Shown one piece after another: positions 10,863 to 20,970 of a stretch of DNA of 39,086 nucleotides. How positions within the stretch are numbered: position 1 is the stretch's first letter; each line of letters starts with the position of its first letter. A model generated the notes under the pieces. That model ran no database searches, was not told the DNA's origin, and saw nothing but the letters and a program-made list of their open reading frames with translations. The DNA is from a virus (lineage: Duplodnaviria > Caudoviricetes): positions 1 to 39,086 of IMG/VR virus record IMGVR_UViG_3300032303_002011. The stretch is one strand, 5' to 3'. The translations under genes were made by a program, and so were the position numbers.

Positions 10863-13082
10863 ATGGCGTCCACACAAATCGAGAATCTTGTCGCTAGAGC
10901 AGAAGCACTTGAGGAAGCGCTAGATACGCCAAAAAGCACCGAAGAGGGAGAGGCTCTTGGTGGCGGTAAACCAACAGAAACAGGATTTTCCTCGGCATAT
11001 AAGCTCACAGCAGAACAGGAGAGAATCCTTGTAGATCATGCGGTTGAGAGGCTTCGCAAGCTTGAGCGTGATATGGGCAGATCCCTAGTCCGAAACATGG
11101 CGTGGAGCACTCAGTCCGGCACAATGGCCGCTTACGACACCTTCTTAGGACGCAGACAGGTCTTTGAATGGCTTTACGAAAATAACGTAGATTGGAGGCC
11201 TGCGGTCATGGGTGGAATCTTTGAGCACAGCAACCTTGTTGTGCCTATTACCCGCCGAATCGTCCGCCAGATGATTGCCCGGGCTCAGAAATACTTCATC
11301 GGCACAGATCCTTGGTTTGCAACCTTCCCTCAGGGGCCGGCAGATAGGGACATTTGCGATAAGGTTGAGAAGTACGCTCGCTGGAAGTTCGATAAGACCA
11401 AGCTGAAGGAGGCTATTGCCATGATCCTTCAGATGGCCTTCGTGCGTGGCGAATGCGTAGTTAAGACCACCTTCCAAAAGAAAGAGAACATCTTCCAGCG
11501 GAAGGCCAAGGTTCTGGTAGATGCTGATGGCAACGACATCCTTGGAGCTGATGGAGACATTATCACCGATACGGACGCTTTTGTTATTGGACAGGACGGA
11601 ATGACCCTTGTTCTCCAAAGGGACGGAGTAACCGAACAGCCCCTTGTACCTATTTTCATTGAGAAAATCATCACCCGCAAAGTCGTGACCCATAGCGGTC
11701 CTACTGCCGAGCCGATCTACTACCAAGATTTTATCTGCCCCCTAAACGCAACAAGCATCGATGATGCCGACTTCTGCGCTCACCTTTACGATGCTCCCGT
11801 GATGGAGTTAACCGACTTTTACTCGAAGTCACCCAAGGAAGAGACTCCAGAAGCAGAATTGGCAAGGCTGACAGCCGCTATTGAACAGATTCGCTTAGGC
11901 GCCGGTGAAAGCGGAATGGCTAAATCGGCAACAGGCCAAGCAAGAGTCGAGCGCGGGGAGACCCAACTCAGCCCAGACGATACGAACCCCAAGATGGAAA
12001 TTGCAGAATGCTACATCCGTTATGATGCTAACAATGACGGAATCCTTGAGGAAATCGTCCTCATGCTCGATGTTCAAAACCGCAGGGCTTTGTATTATGA
12101 CTATCTAGCCAATGTAACTCCCGACGGGAAAAGGCCGTTCACCGCAGTCCGCATCAACCCTGTTGACGGCCGGTGGTATGGTTTGGGTGCAGTTGAGCAG
12201 TTCAAGACATCCCAAGACTTCGTTGATTTGACGATTAACAGGCTGAATTTCGCTCAAGGAGCCTCTGGAAGGGTCACTTTCTGGCGTCCCGACGCTACCT
12301 TTGAGGGGTCGGCAAATCCCAATTTGATCCTCAATACTGGCGGGACTTACACGCTTCGGCCCGGGTTTTCCGCTCCTGACGCCCTCACCTACGTCAATTT
12401 GCCAGAAACAAAGAACAATGACCTAAACTTCATGCTTAATTACTTCACTCAGATCGTCCAACTGGAGTCGGGTGTTGTGAACGGCGGGGATCAGGAGTTT
12501 TCTGGTTTGCCTAGCAGTAAGCTCGCAACCGGAATCCGCTCCATTGACCAAGCTGGGACCGAAATGTTCAGCCAATATCTGCTCTCGCTTGAGTCTCCCC
12601 TCACCCAGATCATCAACCGACTCATGACCATTCTTCTGGATAATTTAGATAAACAGGAAGCCTTTACCTACCTCGAGGGAGATGCGGCGAGCTTAATCAG
12701 CGTAACTCCTGACGATGTGCGGGGGATGGATCTAAACATCAAGCTCCTCCTAACCCGCTATCACGGAGAGCAACAGCTACAAAGCAACGCCCAAGCGGCC
12801 AATCTGGTTGCTCAATTCTACGGACTGCCTCCAGAGGTTCAGCAGAAAGTCGGACTCTTCTACCGCCAGAGCTTAAAGGCTCTTGGAATCATGGAAGCCG
12901 ACTCGATTATCCAAGCTTTTGAGCCACCTCCCGCAGTTAATGGCATTACCCCAGACGGAAGAGTCTTTGGACAGGCTGGATCTCCGGGTTCCCCCACTTC
13001 TTCGGTTGGTGGATCTAGGCAGGTTCCGATGGATGCGGGATCGGCTGGAGGGCCAAATCCGGGTAATGGGACATCGCTATGA
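10863..13082 (+). CDS. Portal protein (podovirus/P22-like)
   Basis: 739 aa; MAFVRGECVVK, RPF..PVDGRWYGLG..QD..N, QLESGV..ATGI pattern and Pro/Gly-rich tail typical of this portal class. Confidence 0.85.
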   Translation: MASTQIENLVARAEALEEALDTPKSTEEGEALGGGKPTETGFSSAYKLTAEQERILVDHAVERLRKLERDMGRSLVRNMAWSTQSGTMAAYDTFLGRRQVFEWLYENNVDWRPAVMGGIFEHSNLVVPITRRIVRQMIARAQKYFIGTDPWFATFPQGPADRDICDKVEKYARWKFDKTKLKEAIAMILQMAFVRGECVVKTTFQKKENIFQRKAKVLVDADGNDILGADGDIITDTDAFVIGQDGMTLVLQRDGVTEQPLVPIFIEKIITRKVVTHSGPTAEPIYYQDFICPLNATSIDDADFCAHLYDAPVMELTDFYSKSPKEETPEAELARLTAAIEQIRLGAGESGMAKSATGQARVERGETQLSPDDTNPKMEIAECYIRYDANNDGILEEIVLMLDVQNRRALYYDYLANVTPDGKRPFTAVRINPVDGRWYGLGAVEQFKTSQDFVDLTINRLNFAQGASGRVTFWRPDATFEGSANPNLILNTGGTYTLRPGFSAPDALTYVNLPETKNNDLNFMLNYFTQIVQLESGVVNGGDQEFSGLPSSKLATGIRSIDQAGTEMFSQYLLSLESPLTQIINRLMTILLDNLDKQEAFTYLEGDAASLISVTPDDVRGMDLNIKLLLTRYHGEQQLQSNAQAANLVAQFYGLPPEVQQKVGLFYRQSLKALGIMEADSIIQAFEPPPAVNGITPDGRVFGQAGSPGSPTSSVGGSRQVPMDAGSAGGPNPGNGTSL

Positions 13083-13408
13083 CCCTTAATCAAGCGTTTG
13101 GTACTGGAAACGTAACAGCAACCACAATTAGTGGCGTCACAAAAGTGACATTCAAGAAATCTCTTTTCGATGAAATTTCAACAGCGGAAGCAAACGCTAC
13201 GGGGGGAGACATTCGCAAGGTTGTATACGGAATGGTCAAAGGGCTAATTGGAATCGTTAACTCCGAGAGGGCAAAAGACACAACCCTGACAAGCGTGGTT
13301 CCATCTGAGTCATACCAAAACCTGTATCCTTCGGACGATACGCAATACTCAGGACAAATGGTGTTTGCAGTTGCGCCTATTGTTAACGACGTAAAGGACG
13401 AGCCTTAA
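13079..13408 (+). CDS. Small virion-associated protein (putative fibre attachment)
   Basis: 109 aa; ATGA overlap with the portal stop; directly precedes the fibre-like gene. Confidence 0.5.
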   Translation: MTLNQAFGTGNVTATTISGVTKVTFKKSLFDEISTAEANATGGDIRKVVYGMVKGLIGIVNSERAKDTTLTSVVPSESYQNLYPSDDTQYSGQMVFAVAPIVNDVKDEP

Positions 13409-13409
13409 T

Positions 13410-16400
13410 ATGGCTTTCAATAAAGCCCCAAGTAGCTGGCTTACGGGGTACACCTACACCAGCGATCAGATCTCCTTCAGCCTGTCTGGGGACTACACAG
13501 CAGAATGCCAAGATGCAATGGGTTTAATCTTTAGAGTCACGGACGAGATTCTGAATAAATATACCAGCAAAACACCTTCCGAAAGGCCGGTTCAATGGGA
13601 GTCGTCCTGTCTAATAACTCAACCAACGCAGGCAAACCCAAGCTCGCTTAAAACAATCACAAACAAATTTGTATTAGATGCAGAGCTATTTTCTGGGTTA
13701 GCCATACCGTCTCTTGACGTAACAATATCAACTCCCGACATGGTTTATACTGGTTTTGGCTATGGGGCTACGTCTTACAGCGCCCCCAGCGGAAGCTCTG
13801 TGACCATTACCTATAGTGCAGATGGCGGTCAGACATTCTCAGGGACGCTCCCTGTCGCGAGGGGATCTTATATTGCTAGAATCGTAGCAACAAAAGACGG
13901 AAGGTCTGGAACGGCAAGGTCAGGGTTCTCTATACTTAAATCAACTCCAGCCGTAATTGCTGGGAATGATATTACGGAAGAATATTCATCTGGGACGATA
14001 AACACTAACTTTTATAGCAGCGCAAATTTTGTTTCAATTACTTCATCAAACCCAGCCGTGGTGTCAGTTGTATCCTTTACTACAGGAGGGGGAGTTGTTC
14101 TACAGAAGAACAGCATTGGGCAAGCAGATATTATAGCATATACAGAGGAAACATCCGACAACTACACATCCTCCGGAAGTAAGGCGGTAATCTTAACAGC
14201 CAAACCAGCATTGATAAATGCTCCAGCAACCTTAGCTATTTCAGCATCAAACGGGCTATCTCAAGCTCTTCAATTCACCCCAAACTTTACCCTGACTCCA
14301 ATTAGGTACTCTTTGCTAGAAATAACTTCTAGCAATACTGCAGTAGCTACAATACAAAAGGGTTCAGCCTACCCGCCAACAATCAATATCATTACAGGTG
14401 GAGCTTGCGAGATTGCCATTGCATTCCCCGGGGACTCTGAATACGGATCTGTAACAAGCCTGACTGCACTTACTGTTTCTGGAATAACTCCAGTTCAAGA
14501 GGTTGCAATAGCCAAAGCGTCATCGCAGGCGCTTTTCAGCGGAGATGATGGCATCGTAATTACACAACCAACGAGTCCAGCAACAGGCCCATGGGGATCT
14601 AATAAGTTATGGACGATTAGGATTGGATTAGATTCAGACCAGAACAATGAAGTCGACGGGCAAATCCCAACGCTTCCATACGTCTTTGAAATAGCAATTA
14701 CAGACGCCATCGGGCAACAGGGATCAACCGGAGCAACTTCTACCACCTTTACAAACTATGCAACAAATAACTGGATATCATTCTCTATCTCCGGAGGGAA
14801 AATTATAGCAACAGTAACAAGTGCACCGTCTTCACCTAACAACGGAGAAATCTCTGGGGGAGCTTTATTTGTAACAAAAGCCCCAGCAGATGGGGTGTTG
14901 GCATGGACAGCGCAGTTTGAAATAACTGTATACGTTGACGGACCTAGGCTTGCTCTTTATCAGTCTGGTTTTTATGGAGAGGCAGGAATAGACCCAGAAA
15001 AAGAAATAAGCTCAACATCACTTACTCTTAATACACAAGCTCAAGGCGAACCATTTCTTTCGCAATGGGATTCCGACGAAGAACATGCTGTACGGATGAA
15101 GGTTATTGGAGCCGGCGGAGCACCTACAAATAAATCCGCTTCAATCGCCTTACTCAACCAGTATGGCCAGCCTTTTTCAGATGATTCCGTATATTTAAAT
15201 TCTGGGTCTAACAGCATTTCTGTGGAGCAAAACACCTACTTTTATCTGTTTATAAAAGAGCCACTTACTTTCATGATATCTATTTCGCTACAAAATTCAA
15301 CGCCAACATATTCAAAAGTCTTCACTATTGCTGTGTCTCAGGTTTCGCCTTCACTAACCCTGCAAATACTTCCGGTGTCAAGTGGCCAAAATTCACATAT
15401 ATGTTGTGATACAAATGGATGCCCCGATTTTTCTTTAATTGCAAATGTCCAAGAATACCCACCCCTTATCGCTCAGATTGTACCAGAGACATTGGCTTGG
15501 TCTGGTAGCGAATCACGTCTAGGCGTTACTTTTTCTAGCTCAAAAGTATCTACCACAGGCGAAAGAGTTAAAATATCTGGGGGCAAGACAAAGTTTAATA
15601 TAAAAGCAACAGGCGATAGTTATCTTACGATGACCCTTTCAACTCCAAGCAGCGAGTTGTATAAGAGCTTTTCAATCACAAAAAGCATAAGAGTAAAAAA
15701 GCCAATCCTTAAAGGCGAATATAGAAGCACAAAAAAGATGTTTAGTGATTATTTGCAAGGACAAACGGGATTATACCAAACTTCGGAGCATGTTCTTGGT
15801 CTTGGAGGAACGGGTTATGGCGTCATGGGGGTTTATGATCAGATACCAGAGCGAACTACAACTTATACGGCAACTCCAGAAAGCGGAGTAGCTGGATACG
15901 ATCCTGCAGATGCCAATACCTTTGGCCCTTCCGTATATCTGGCCAGTATAGACCTGTACGGATTTTCCTGCCTTAGTGATCTTGGTGCAAACAGGCGTTC
16001 ATACATTAGTTCGCAACTGCCAGAAATACCAATGATCGCAAAAACCTTGCCTACATTATATTCTCAATATGGGTCTTATGGGTACAGCCCAAACTCAACT
16101 CCACCTGAAGACGTAGTTAGCACTACAGGGATTGACTTAGAAACGATCTACATGGGAACCTCTCCGGAATACGGAATCTTCTACGGAAACAAACAAACGC
16201 CGAGGACGAATAACGCCAAATGGGGCGGTTATGGTAATTGGTTGCTAAATCAAAACGAAACAATTAAAACCGCTCATAGGGGTAGTGGTGCAAGCAACTA
16301 CAGCGCCTACACCGGATTTAGCCAGCTAGTTGGATTCGGCGTTGGTGGCGTCTATATCGGATTTGACCCAACCTCTGCTATTAGACTAAGCAACCCTATG

Positions 16401-16838
16401 AATACCGTGAGAGAAATAAGGTTTTATTTGGCCACTCTTAACGTAGCACTAGTGTACAACATGTTTGTCCCTTTTAATGGCAGAATAGCTGACGGCACAA
16501 CGAGGTTAAATTCAGTAGCGGGCCCCAACAATAATACCGAGACGTCACCATACGGACCGTGGACATATTGGATCGGGGAGAATAGCGATGTCCAACTTTA
16601 TACATCTCCAGATTTCCCATATCAGAATGGAACGATCTCCGATTATTTCCAAATTACTGGACCAACAAAAACGCTTACCTTCAGAAGTGAGGCAGGTATG
16701 GGAAGCAACCCAGCCGTTCCCGGCACCCCACCTACCGTCAGGCTTGGAGATGATGAGTTCACCGGGAATTACTTTGGCTCGCAATACTGGCAAGACGGAG
16801 ATTCCGTTGAGGTGGTCAATATCAGCACGGGGGCATAA
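13410..16838 (+). CDS. Tail fibre / adhesin with Ig-like repeats
   Basis: 1142 aa, S/T/G/Y-rich; two Big_2-like motifs (ITSSNPAVVSV, ITSSNTAVATI); aromatic-rich C-terminal region. Confidence 0.7.
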   Translation: MAFNKAPSSWLTGYTYTSDQISFSLSGDYTAECQDAMGLIFRVTDEILNKYTSKTPSERPVQWESSCLITQPTQANPSSLKTITNKFVLDAELFSGLAIPSLDVTISTPDMVYTGFGYGATSYSAPSGSSVTITYSADGGQTFSGTLPVARGSYIARIVATKDGRSGTARSGFSILKSTPAVIAGNDITEEYSSGTINTNFYSSANFVSITSSNPAVVSVVSFTTGGGVVLQKNSIGQADIIAYTEETSDNYTSSGSKAVILTAKPALINAPATLAISASNGLSQALQFTPNFTLTPIRYSLLEITSSNTAVATIQKGSAYPPTINIITGGACEIAIAFPGDSEYGSVTSLTALTVSGITPVQEVAIAKASSQALFSGDDGIVITQPTSPATGPWGSNKLWTIRIGLDSDQNNEVDGQIPTLPYVFEIAITDAIGQQGSTGATSTTFTNYATNNWISFSISGGKIIATVTSAPSSPNNGEISGGALFVTKAPADGVLAWTAQFEITVYVDGPRLALYQSGFYGEAGIDPEKEISSTSLTLNTQAQGEPFLSQWDSDEEHAVRMKVIGAGGAPTNKSASIALLNQYGQPFSDDSVYLNSGSNSISVEQNTYFYLFIKEPLTFMISISLQNSTPTYSKVFTIAVSQVSPSLTLQILPVSSGQNSHICCDTNGCPDFSLIANVQEYPPLIAQIVPETLAWSGSESRLGVTFSSSKVSTTGERVKISGGKTKFNIKATGDSYLTMTLSTPSSELYKSFSITKSIRVKKPILKGEYRSTKKMFSDYLQGQTGLYQTSEHVLGLGGTGYGVMGVYDQIPERTTTYTATPESGVAGYDPADANTFGPSVYLASIDLYGFSCLSDLGANRRSYISSQLPEIPMIAKTLPTLYSQYGSYGYSPNSTPPEDVVSTTGIDLETIYMGTSPEYGIFYGNKQTPRTNNAKWGGYGNWLLNQNETIKTAHRGSGASNYSAYTGFSQLVGFGVGGVYIGFDPTSAIRLSNPMNTVREIRFYLATLNVALVYNMFVPFNGRIADGTTRLNSVAGPNNNTETSPYGPWTYWIGENSDVQLYTSPDFPYQNGTISDYFQITGPTKTLTFRSEAGMGSNPAVPGTPPTVRLGDDEFTGNYFGSQYWQDGDSVEVVNISTGA

Positions 16839-16839
16839 A

Positions 16840-17382
16840 ATGGACAAAAGCTCAATGGTCGGATCTGTCAGCGCAAATGACATTAACGCATTAGGCGTAA
16901 GCCCAGCAAAAACATACGGGCATGTGGCTGGAACACCCGCAAGGTTCTTCGGTGCTGGTATTATCAAGCTTCCAAAGCTGGATGATGAAACTCCTTTCCG
17001 TGTTCACATAAGAAAGACTCAGGCAGGGTCATACGAGTTCAAGGCAAGAACAGGCTTTGTTGACGGGCTAAAGGCAACCGGAGGAACCACTTGGGACCGA
17101 ATAGTTCCGCAAAGCCAATCAGTAATCCTTTCGGCTACAGTAGAAAAAGATACAATGACGATAACAAAGGCCGAGGTTAAAGCCGACAAGGTTCAAGAAC
17201 CTTTCAGAGTAATAATCTCTGGCGGCACACAGACCTACGCAAAGATTATTATTGCCCAGTTTGAAGTATCCGGAAACGAGGTAACAGTCATACAGAATGT
17301 AAAAACAAATCTCATAGCCCAGCTAAAATGTGTAGATGGGTACGCCGCAAAGATTCTGCTTCAAGAATACTTAACAACATGA
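16840..17382 (+). CDS. Hypothetical beta-rich virion protein
   Basis: Start re-called to ATG 16840 (MDKSSMV), 1 nt after the upstream stop; the 16588 start would overlap the fibre gene by 250 nt. Confidence 0.6.
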   Translation: MDKSSMVGSVSANDINALGVSPAKTYGHVAGTPARFFGAGIIKLPKLDDETPFRVHIRKTQAGSYEFKARTGFVDGLKATGGTTWDRIVPQSQSVILSATVEKDTMTITKAEVKADKVQEPFRVIISGGTQTYAKIIIAQFEVSGNEVTVIQNVKTNLIAQLKCVDGYAAKILLQEYLTT

Positions 17383-18293
17383 GCCTGTTATTTGATGTAC
17401 CATGCCTAACGATTAAACCTTCAAAAAAACCTACTGACATGGATCAAGATTATTGGGACGCAAGGAACAAAGTCTCGATAACATTAGCCCAATACGTGAA
17501 ATGGGTTAACGCAAAATGGGAGGGAGGAAAGGTTATGTCTGGTTCCTACAGCAAAGAAGTATATTGCGACACGTGTAAATCATACGAAATCACGGTTCAC
17601 TTATCAACAAACAAAACTCATGACGAATATTATAACAGGCTCAACAAAGTGGTAAAGAATAATTTAACATGCGAAGGAGATCCAAGGGATGGATTTAATA
17701 ACGAACCAAGTAGATATGGGAAAATACCTGAAGCAGACCTAATGAAGATGAGGTACAATGTATGCTACGGAAATGAAGCTACAGCAGTCTTTCTTACGAA
17801 ATATCGCAGAACAAATAATCCGGGAGGAGACTATTGCTCTCCGGGTGAAGGCGCCCCGCCCGCAGAGGATAGGTGTGCGCCCGGAATTGCGAATGTCGAC
17901 AGCAGATCCATGAGCACAACCACATGCGGAAATTGCACATATAGTGGGCCTAATAATAATTATATTGAGGGAAAAACAGCATGCGTTTGGTGTTCATATA
18001 ATGTGAGGTTCTGTTCGTCAATAGCCATTAAAATCCTTGGCGGATGGTACGATATTGAAACAAAGAAAGTATTCCCAGATATTGCATTCGGCGGGTCTTA
18101 CCCAAGATACAATTGGGTTGGCTATGCCTTAAAAGATTCCGAGAACACGGGACCACAAGGCAAACACAGAACAAGTACAAACGTTAAAGTAGATGGAATT
18201 AGTATTCCGTGCGGAACAGATTGGAGTACTTACGGAGATTCTGGGGGCATAAACTCAACGCTAACATGGACCGCAAGAATTAGGGATCTCTAG
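17379..18293 (+). CDS. Cysteine-rich hypothetical protein
   Basis: ATGA-coupled start at 17379 (MSLLFDVPC); 13 Cys including CDTC, CGNC and CVWC. Confidence 0.6.
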   Translation: MSLLFDVPCLTIKPSKKPTDMDQDYWDARNKVSITLAQYVKWVNAKWEGGKVMSGSYSKEVYCDTCKSYEITVHLSTNKTHDEYYNRLNKVVKNNLTCEGDPRDGFNNEPSRYGKIPEADLMKMRYNVCYGNEATAVFLTKYRRTNNPGGDYCSPGEGAPPAEDRCAPGIANVDSRSMSTTTCGNCTYSGPNNNYIEGKTACVWCSYNVRFCSSIAIKILGGWYDIETKKVFPDIAFGGSYPRYNWVGYALKDSENTGPQGKHRTSTNVKVDGISIPCGTDWSTYGDSGGINSTLTWTARIRDL

Positions 18294-18354
18294 CCTGTGC
18301 GTCGCTAGACCATAAACTTTTTGCGAGCAACCCCTTGGGGGGCAGAAGTTATGC

Positions 18355-19353
18355 ATGAGCGACAACACTCCGGCGCAAGCCGAGAACACTCCAACAAGCG
18401 TCCCAGAGACGCAAAACCCTAAGACTACAGATGTGGCGGCGCTTGATGAGCGCGCGTACCACGAAATCATCCAAGCCTTAGATCCAAACGCAACTCCCGA
18501 ACCTGCCAAGGAAGAGCCAAAAGCTGAACCTGAACAGGAAGCACCTGTGGCGGAAGCCCAAGAGCCAGAAAAGGAAGAAGCAAAGGAAGAGGTTAAGGAA
18601 GAAGCCCCAGCCCAAGAAGAGTCTGATATCGCCCTGCCCGAGCGGGTTCGTATCGGTTCTTGGTCGGAAACCGAAAGAAAAGCCCTGCAAATTAGGGCTC
18701 GTAATCCGGATCTGACCCTTGAGCAGGCCATCAGCATGGTGAAAGGCAAAGACGAATCAGCCTCCCCTGCCCCAGCCGAGCCAACACCAGAAGAAATCGA
18801 GACCAAAATCGACGCCAAGGCCCAAGAAAAAGCCAATGCGATCAAAGCGCTCGAATTCGACAAAGCGGCTCAGTTAGAGCTTGAGATGGCAGACCTGTCA
18901 AAGGCCTACCGCCGTGCAGAGAAAGTTGCATCCGAAAAAGCAGAGATCCAGAAAGCAGTAAGAATCGAGGAGTCCGAGAAGTCCAAGAAATTGGCCGTTG
19001 AATACTACCCCGATACTGCGAACAAGGATTCGGCTTTAACCAAGAAGATGTATGAGATCTTTGATGTCCTACAAGACACCAAAAATCCGTTGGTTAATGA
19101 TCCGAACCTGCCCATTCGGTTGGCACAGATGGCCGCTAATGAGCTTGGGATTGCCCCTAAAACGGCAAGCAAAATCCCAGCCAAACCAGCGGTAGTAGCG
19201 CCCTCGCCAAGCGCCGCCCGTCGTAGTCAACCCACTATACAACCCGCAAGCGGTAACGCTCGCACTAATTCACCCCAACCAGTTAGCGCAAAAGATGTCT
19301 TGTCCAAGATTGAGGATGTGGATCAATTCCGCGCCCTCATGGCAAGTCTCTGA
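18355..19353 (+). CDS. Capsid scaffolding protein
   Basis: Acidic E/P/A-rich N-terminus, coiled-coil middle, short C-terminal helix; immediately upstream of the major capsid gene. Confidence 0.8.
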   Translation: MSDNTPAQAENTPTSVPETQNPKTTDVAALDERAYHEIIQALDPNATPEPAKEEPKAEPEQEAPVAEAQEPEKEEAKEEVKEEAPAQEESDIALPERVRIGSWSETERKALQIRARNPDLTLEQAISMVKGKDESASPAPAEPTPEEIETKIDAKAQEKANAIKALEFDKAAQLELEMADLSKAYRRAEKVASEKAEIQKAVRIEESEKSKKLAVEYYPDTANKDSALTKKMYEIFDVLQDTKNPLVNDPNLPIRLAQMAANELGIAPKTASKIPAKPAVVAPSPSAARRSQPTIQPASGNARTNSPQPVSAKDVLSKIEDVDQFRALMASL

Positions 19354-19370
19354 TGCGTTGGGAGGGGTAA

Positions 19371-19377
19371 AAGGAGG
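19371..19377 (+). promoter_or_regulatory. Strong Shine-Dalgarno of the capsid gene
   Basis: AAGGAGG ending 8 nt before ATG 19386. Confidence 0.8.
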
Positions 19378-19385
19378 ATAATACT

Positions 19386-20909
19386 ATGGCTGAAAACCTT
19401 AGCATTCCTACAAATAACGCTACTAGCGACTTTAAGTCGCAATCCCCCACGTTCCTTCCGGAATTGTGGAAAAAAGGAGTTCAACTCTCGGAAGCCGCTG
19501 AGAACTTTTTCAATCAGTTCGAAGGCCCGACTGAGAATTACTCCGTAATGTCGGTCCGCGACTTGTCTCGCGGAGCTGGCACCAAAATCACGTTCCGCAC
19601 CATGGCGCAACTCTACGGAGAAGGCGTACAGGGCGAAACACTCATCAACAGCAACACGGAAGATTTCCGCGTTGGTGCTTACAACCTGACCGTTGATTTC
19701 CTACGGCATGCGGTTTCTTACAATCGCCGGCTCGAAGAGAAAACGGCTTTGGCTTCTGAATTGAAGTCGAATGTTCCTGTCATGCTGGGCAACTGGCTTG
19801 GCCGGATGAAGACTGAGCGCTTGATGAAACTCTTCCTCCACAAGGGGAACGGGCGGAATTATGTGTTCGCCAACGGCAAAGCTAATACCGATGCCTTGTT
19901 GAGCACGGACACCCTCAGCTACGATGGAATCATTGCCTACGGACAACAGCTTCGCACTCGCGGTGCTCGTCCCGCTCAGGTTGCGACCATCGACAAGAAC
20001 AAGCTCAACCGCTACGTGGTAGTTTCCACCGGTGAAGGGCTCCTCTCGCTGAAAAGCGAAGACAAGTACCTGAAGGCAGTTCAAGCGGCTGGTGGGCGTG
20101 AAGGCTACAATGGAGTTCAATTCACGGGCGGATTCGTTGACCTCGACGGCCACATCATTCGTCAGTTTGATCCTATCGATCACGACGGATTTGGTGCTAT
20201 CGGGTCTCCTCTGAACGCGAAAGCAACCCTCGGAACGGCGATCACCGCCACCACGGGTTCTGCGATCACGGTTCGGGCGACTGCCACTCAGGTGAGCGCG
20301 ACCATCCCCGGATACGGAGCCTCGTACTTCAAGTACTTCTCTGGCTTCAGCTATCCGTTCAGCGCGGACGATTCGGACAACAAGATCCTCGGCACGGCCA
20401 CCACCGGTGGTTATGTCTTGATCCTCAACCTGACGGGTTCCGATGCAGGCAAGTACGGTTTCTACCGCTACTCTGCTAACAACGGCAACACCCTCACCTT
20501 GGATCGCGGTCTCGTTGCCACCACCGGAACTGAAGGCACGTCGGAAGCGTTCCAACTCAAGAAAACAGTTGGAAGCGTTGCCAGCCATGCCACCACCGGT
20601 GCTTGGGCTAACGCCAACCTCACCAACAGCCACCCCGTAGGCTCGCTCGTTATCGAGACGAATGCTCGCGGTGTTGCGATTGGTCGTTCCCTCGTCTTGG
20701 GAGCCATGGCCGCTGTTCGCGGTTACGGATCTCTCGACGGCGAGCGCTCCGAGGAAACCTTTGACGGAGATTTCGTGCGTAAGACCTACATTACCTCGAT
20801 CTTCGGACAGGCTCCTTACCAGCGTCCGGACGGCGATCTGCCTAACTTCTTGGTCGCTACCCATGCGGTCAACTACGCAGGTCTGAATCTGCCCTCGGTG
20901 ACTAGCTAA
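19386..20909 (+). CDS. Major capsid protein (N4-gp56/DUF4043-like, HK97 fold)
   Basis: DLSRGAGTKITF..LYGEGVQGE..E..LTVDFLRHAV motif; strong SD, biased codon use and downstream terminator. Confidence 0.88.
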   Translation: MAENLSIPTNNATSDFKSQSPTFLPELWKKGVQLSEAAENFFNQFEGPTENYSVMSVRDLSRGAGTKITFRTMAQLYGEGVQGETLINSNTEDFRVGAYNLTVDFLRHAVSYNRRLEEKTALASELKSNVPVMLGNWLGRMKTERLMKLFLHKGNGRNYVFANGKANTDALLSTDTLSYDGIIAYGQQLRTRGARPAQVATIDKNKLNRYVVVSTGEGLLSLKSEDKYLKAVQAAGGREGYNGVQFTGGFVDLDGHIIRQFDPIDHDGFGAIGSPLNAKATLGTAITATTGSAITVRATATQVSATIPGYGASYFKYFSGFSYPFSADDSDNKILGTATTGGYVLILNLTGSDAGKYGFYRYSANNGNTLTLDRGLVATTGTEGTSEAFQLKKTVGSVASHATTGAWANANLTNSHPVGSLVIETNARGVAIGRSLVLGAMAAVRGYGSLDGERSEETFDGDFVRKTYITSIFGQAPYQRPDGDLPNFLVATHAVNYAGLNLPSVTS

Positions 20910-20923
20910 AGTCATATTGGAAC

Positions 20924-20962
20924 GGGCGGGAAGGGTTCAAACCCCTCCCGCCCTTCCTCTTT
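20924..20962 (+). terminator. Rho-independent terminator
   Basis: GGGCGGGAAGGGT-TCAA-ACCCCTCCCGCCC stem (one mismatch) followed by TTCCTCTTT, 14 nt after the capsid stop. Confidence 0.75.
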
Positions 20963-20970
20963 AATATAAA

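Noticed and set aside
190-12108. Many short ORFs nested in the giant gene and portal
   Set aside because: Off-frame or antisense shadows without motifs or translation signals.
18261-18863. 200-aa antisense ORF opposite the scaffold gene
   Set aside because: Ser/Ala/Phe-rich mirror of the E/K/A codons on the sense strand.
19701-20915. 404-aa antisense ORF opposite the capsid gene
   Set aside because: Shadow ORF expected from strong codon bias in a highly expressed gene; no recognisable motifs.
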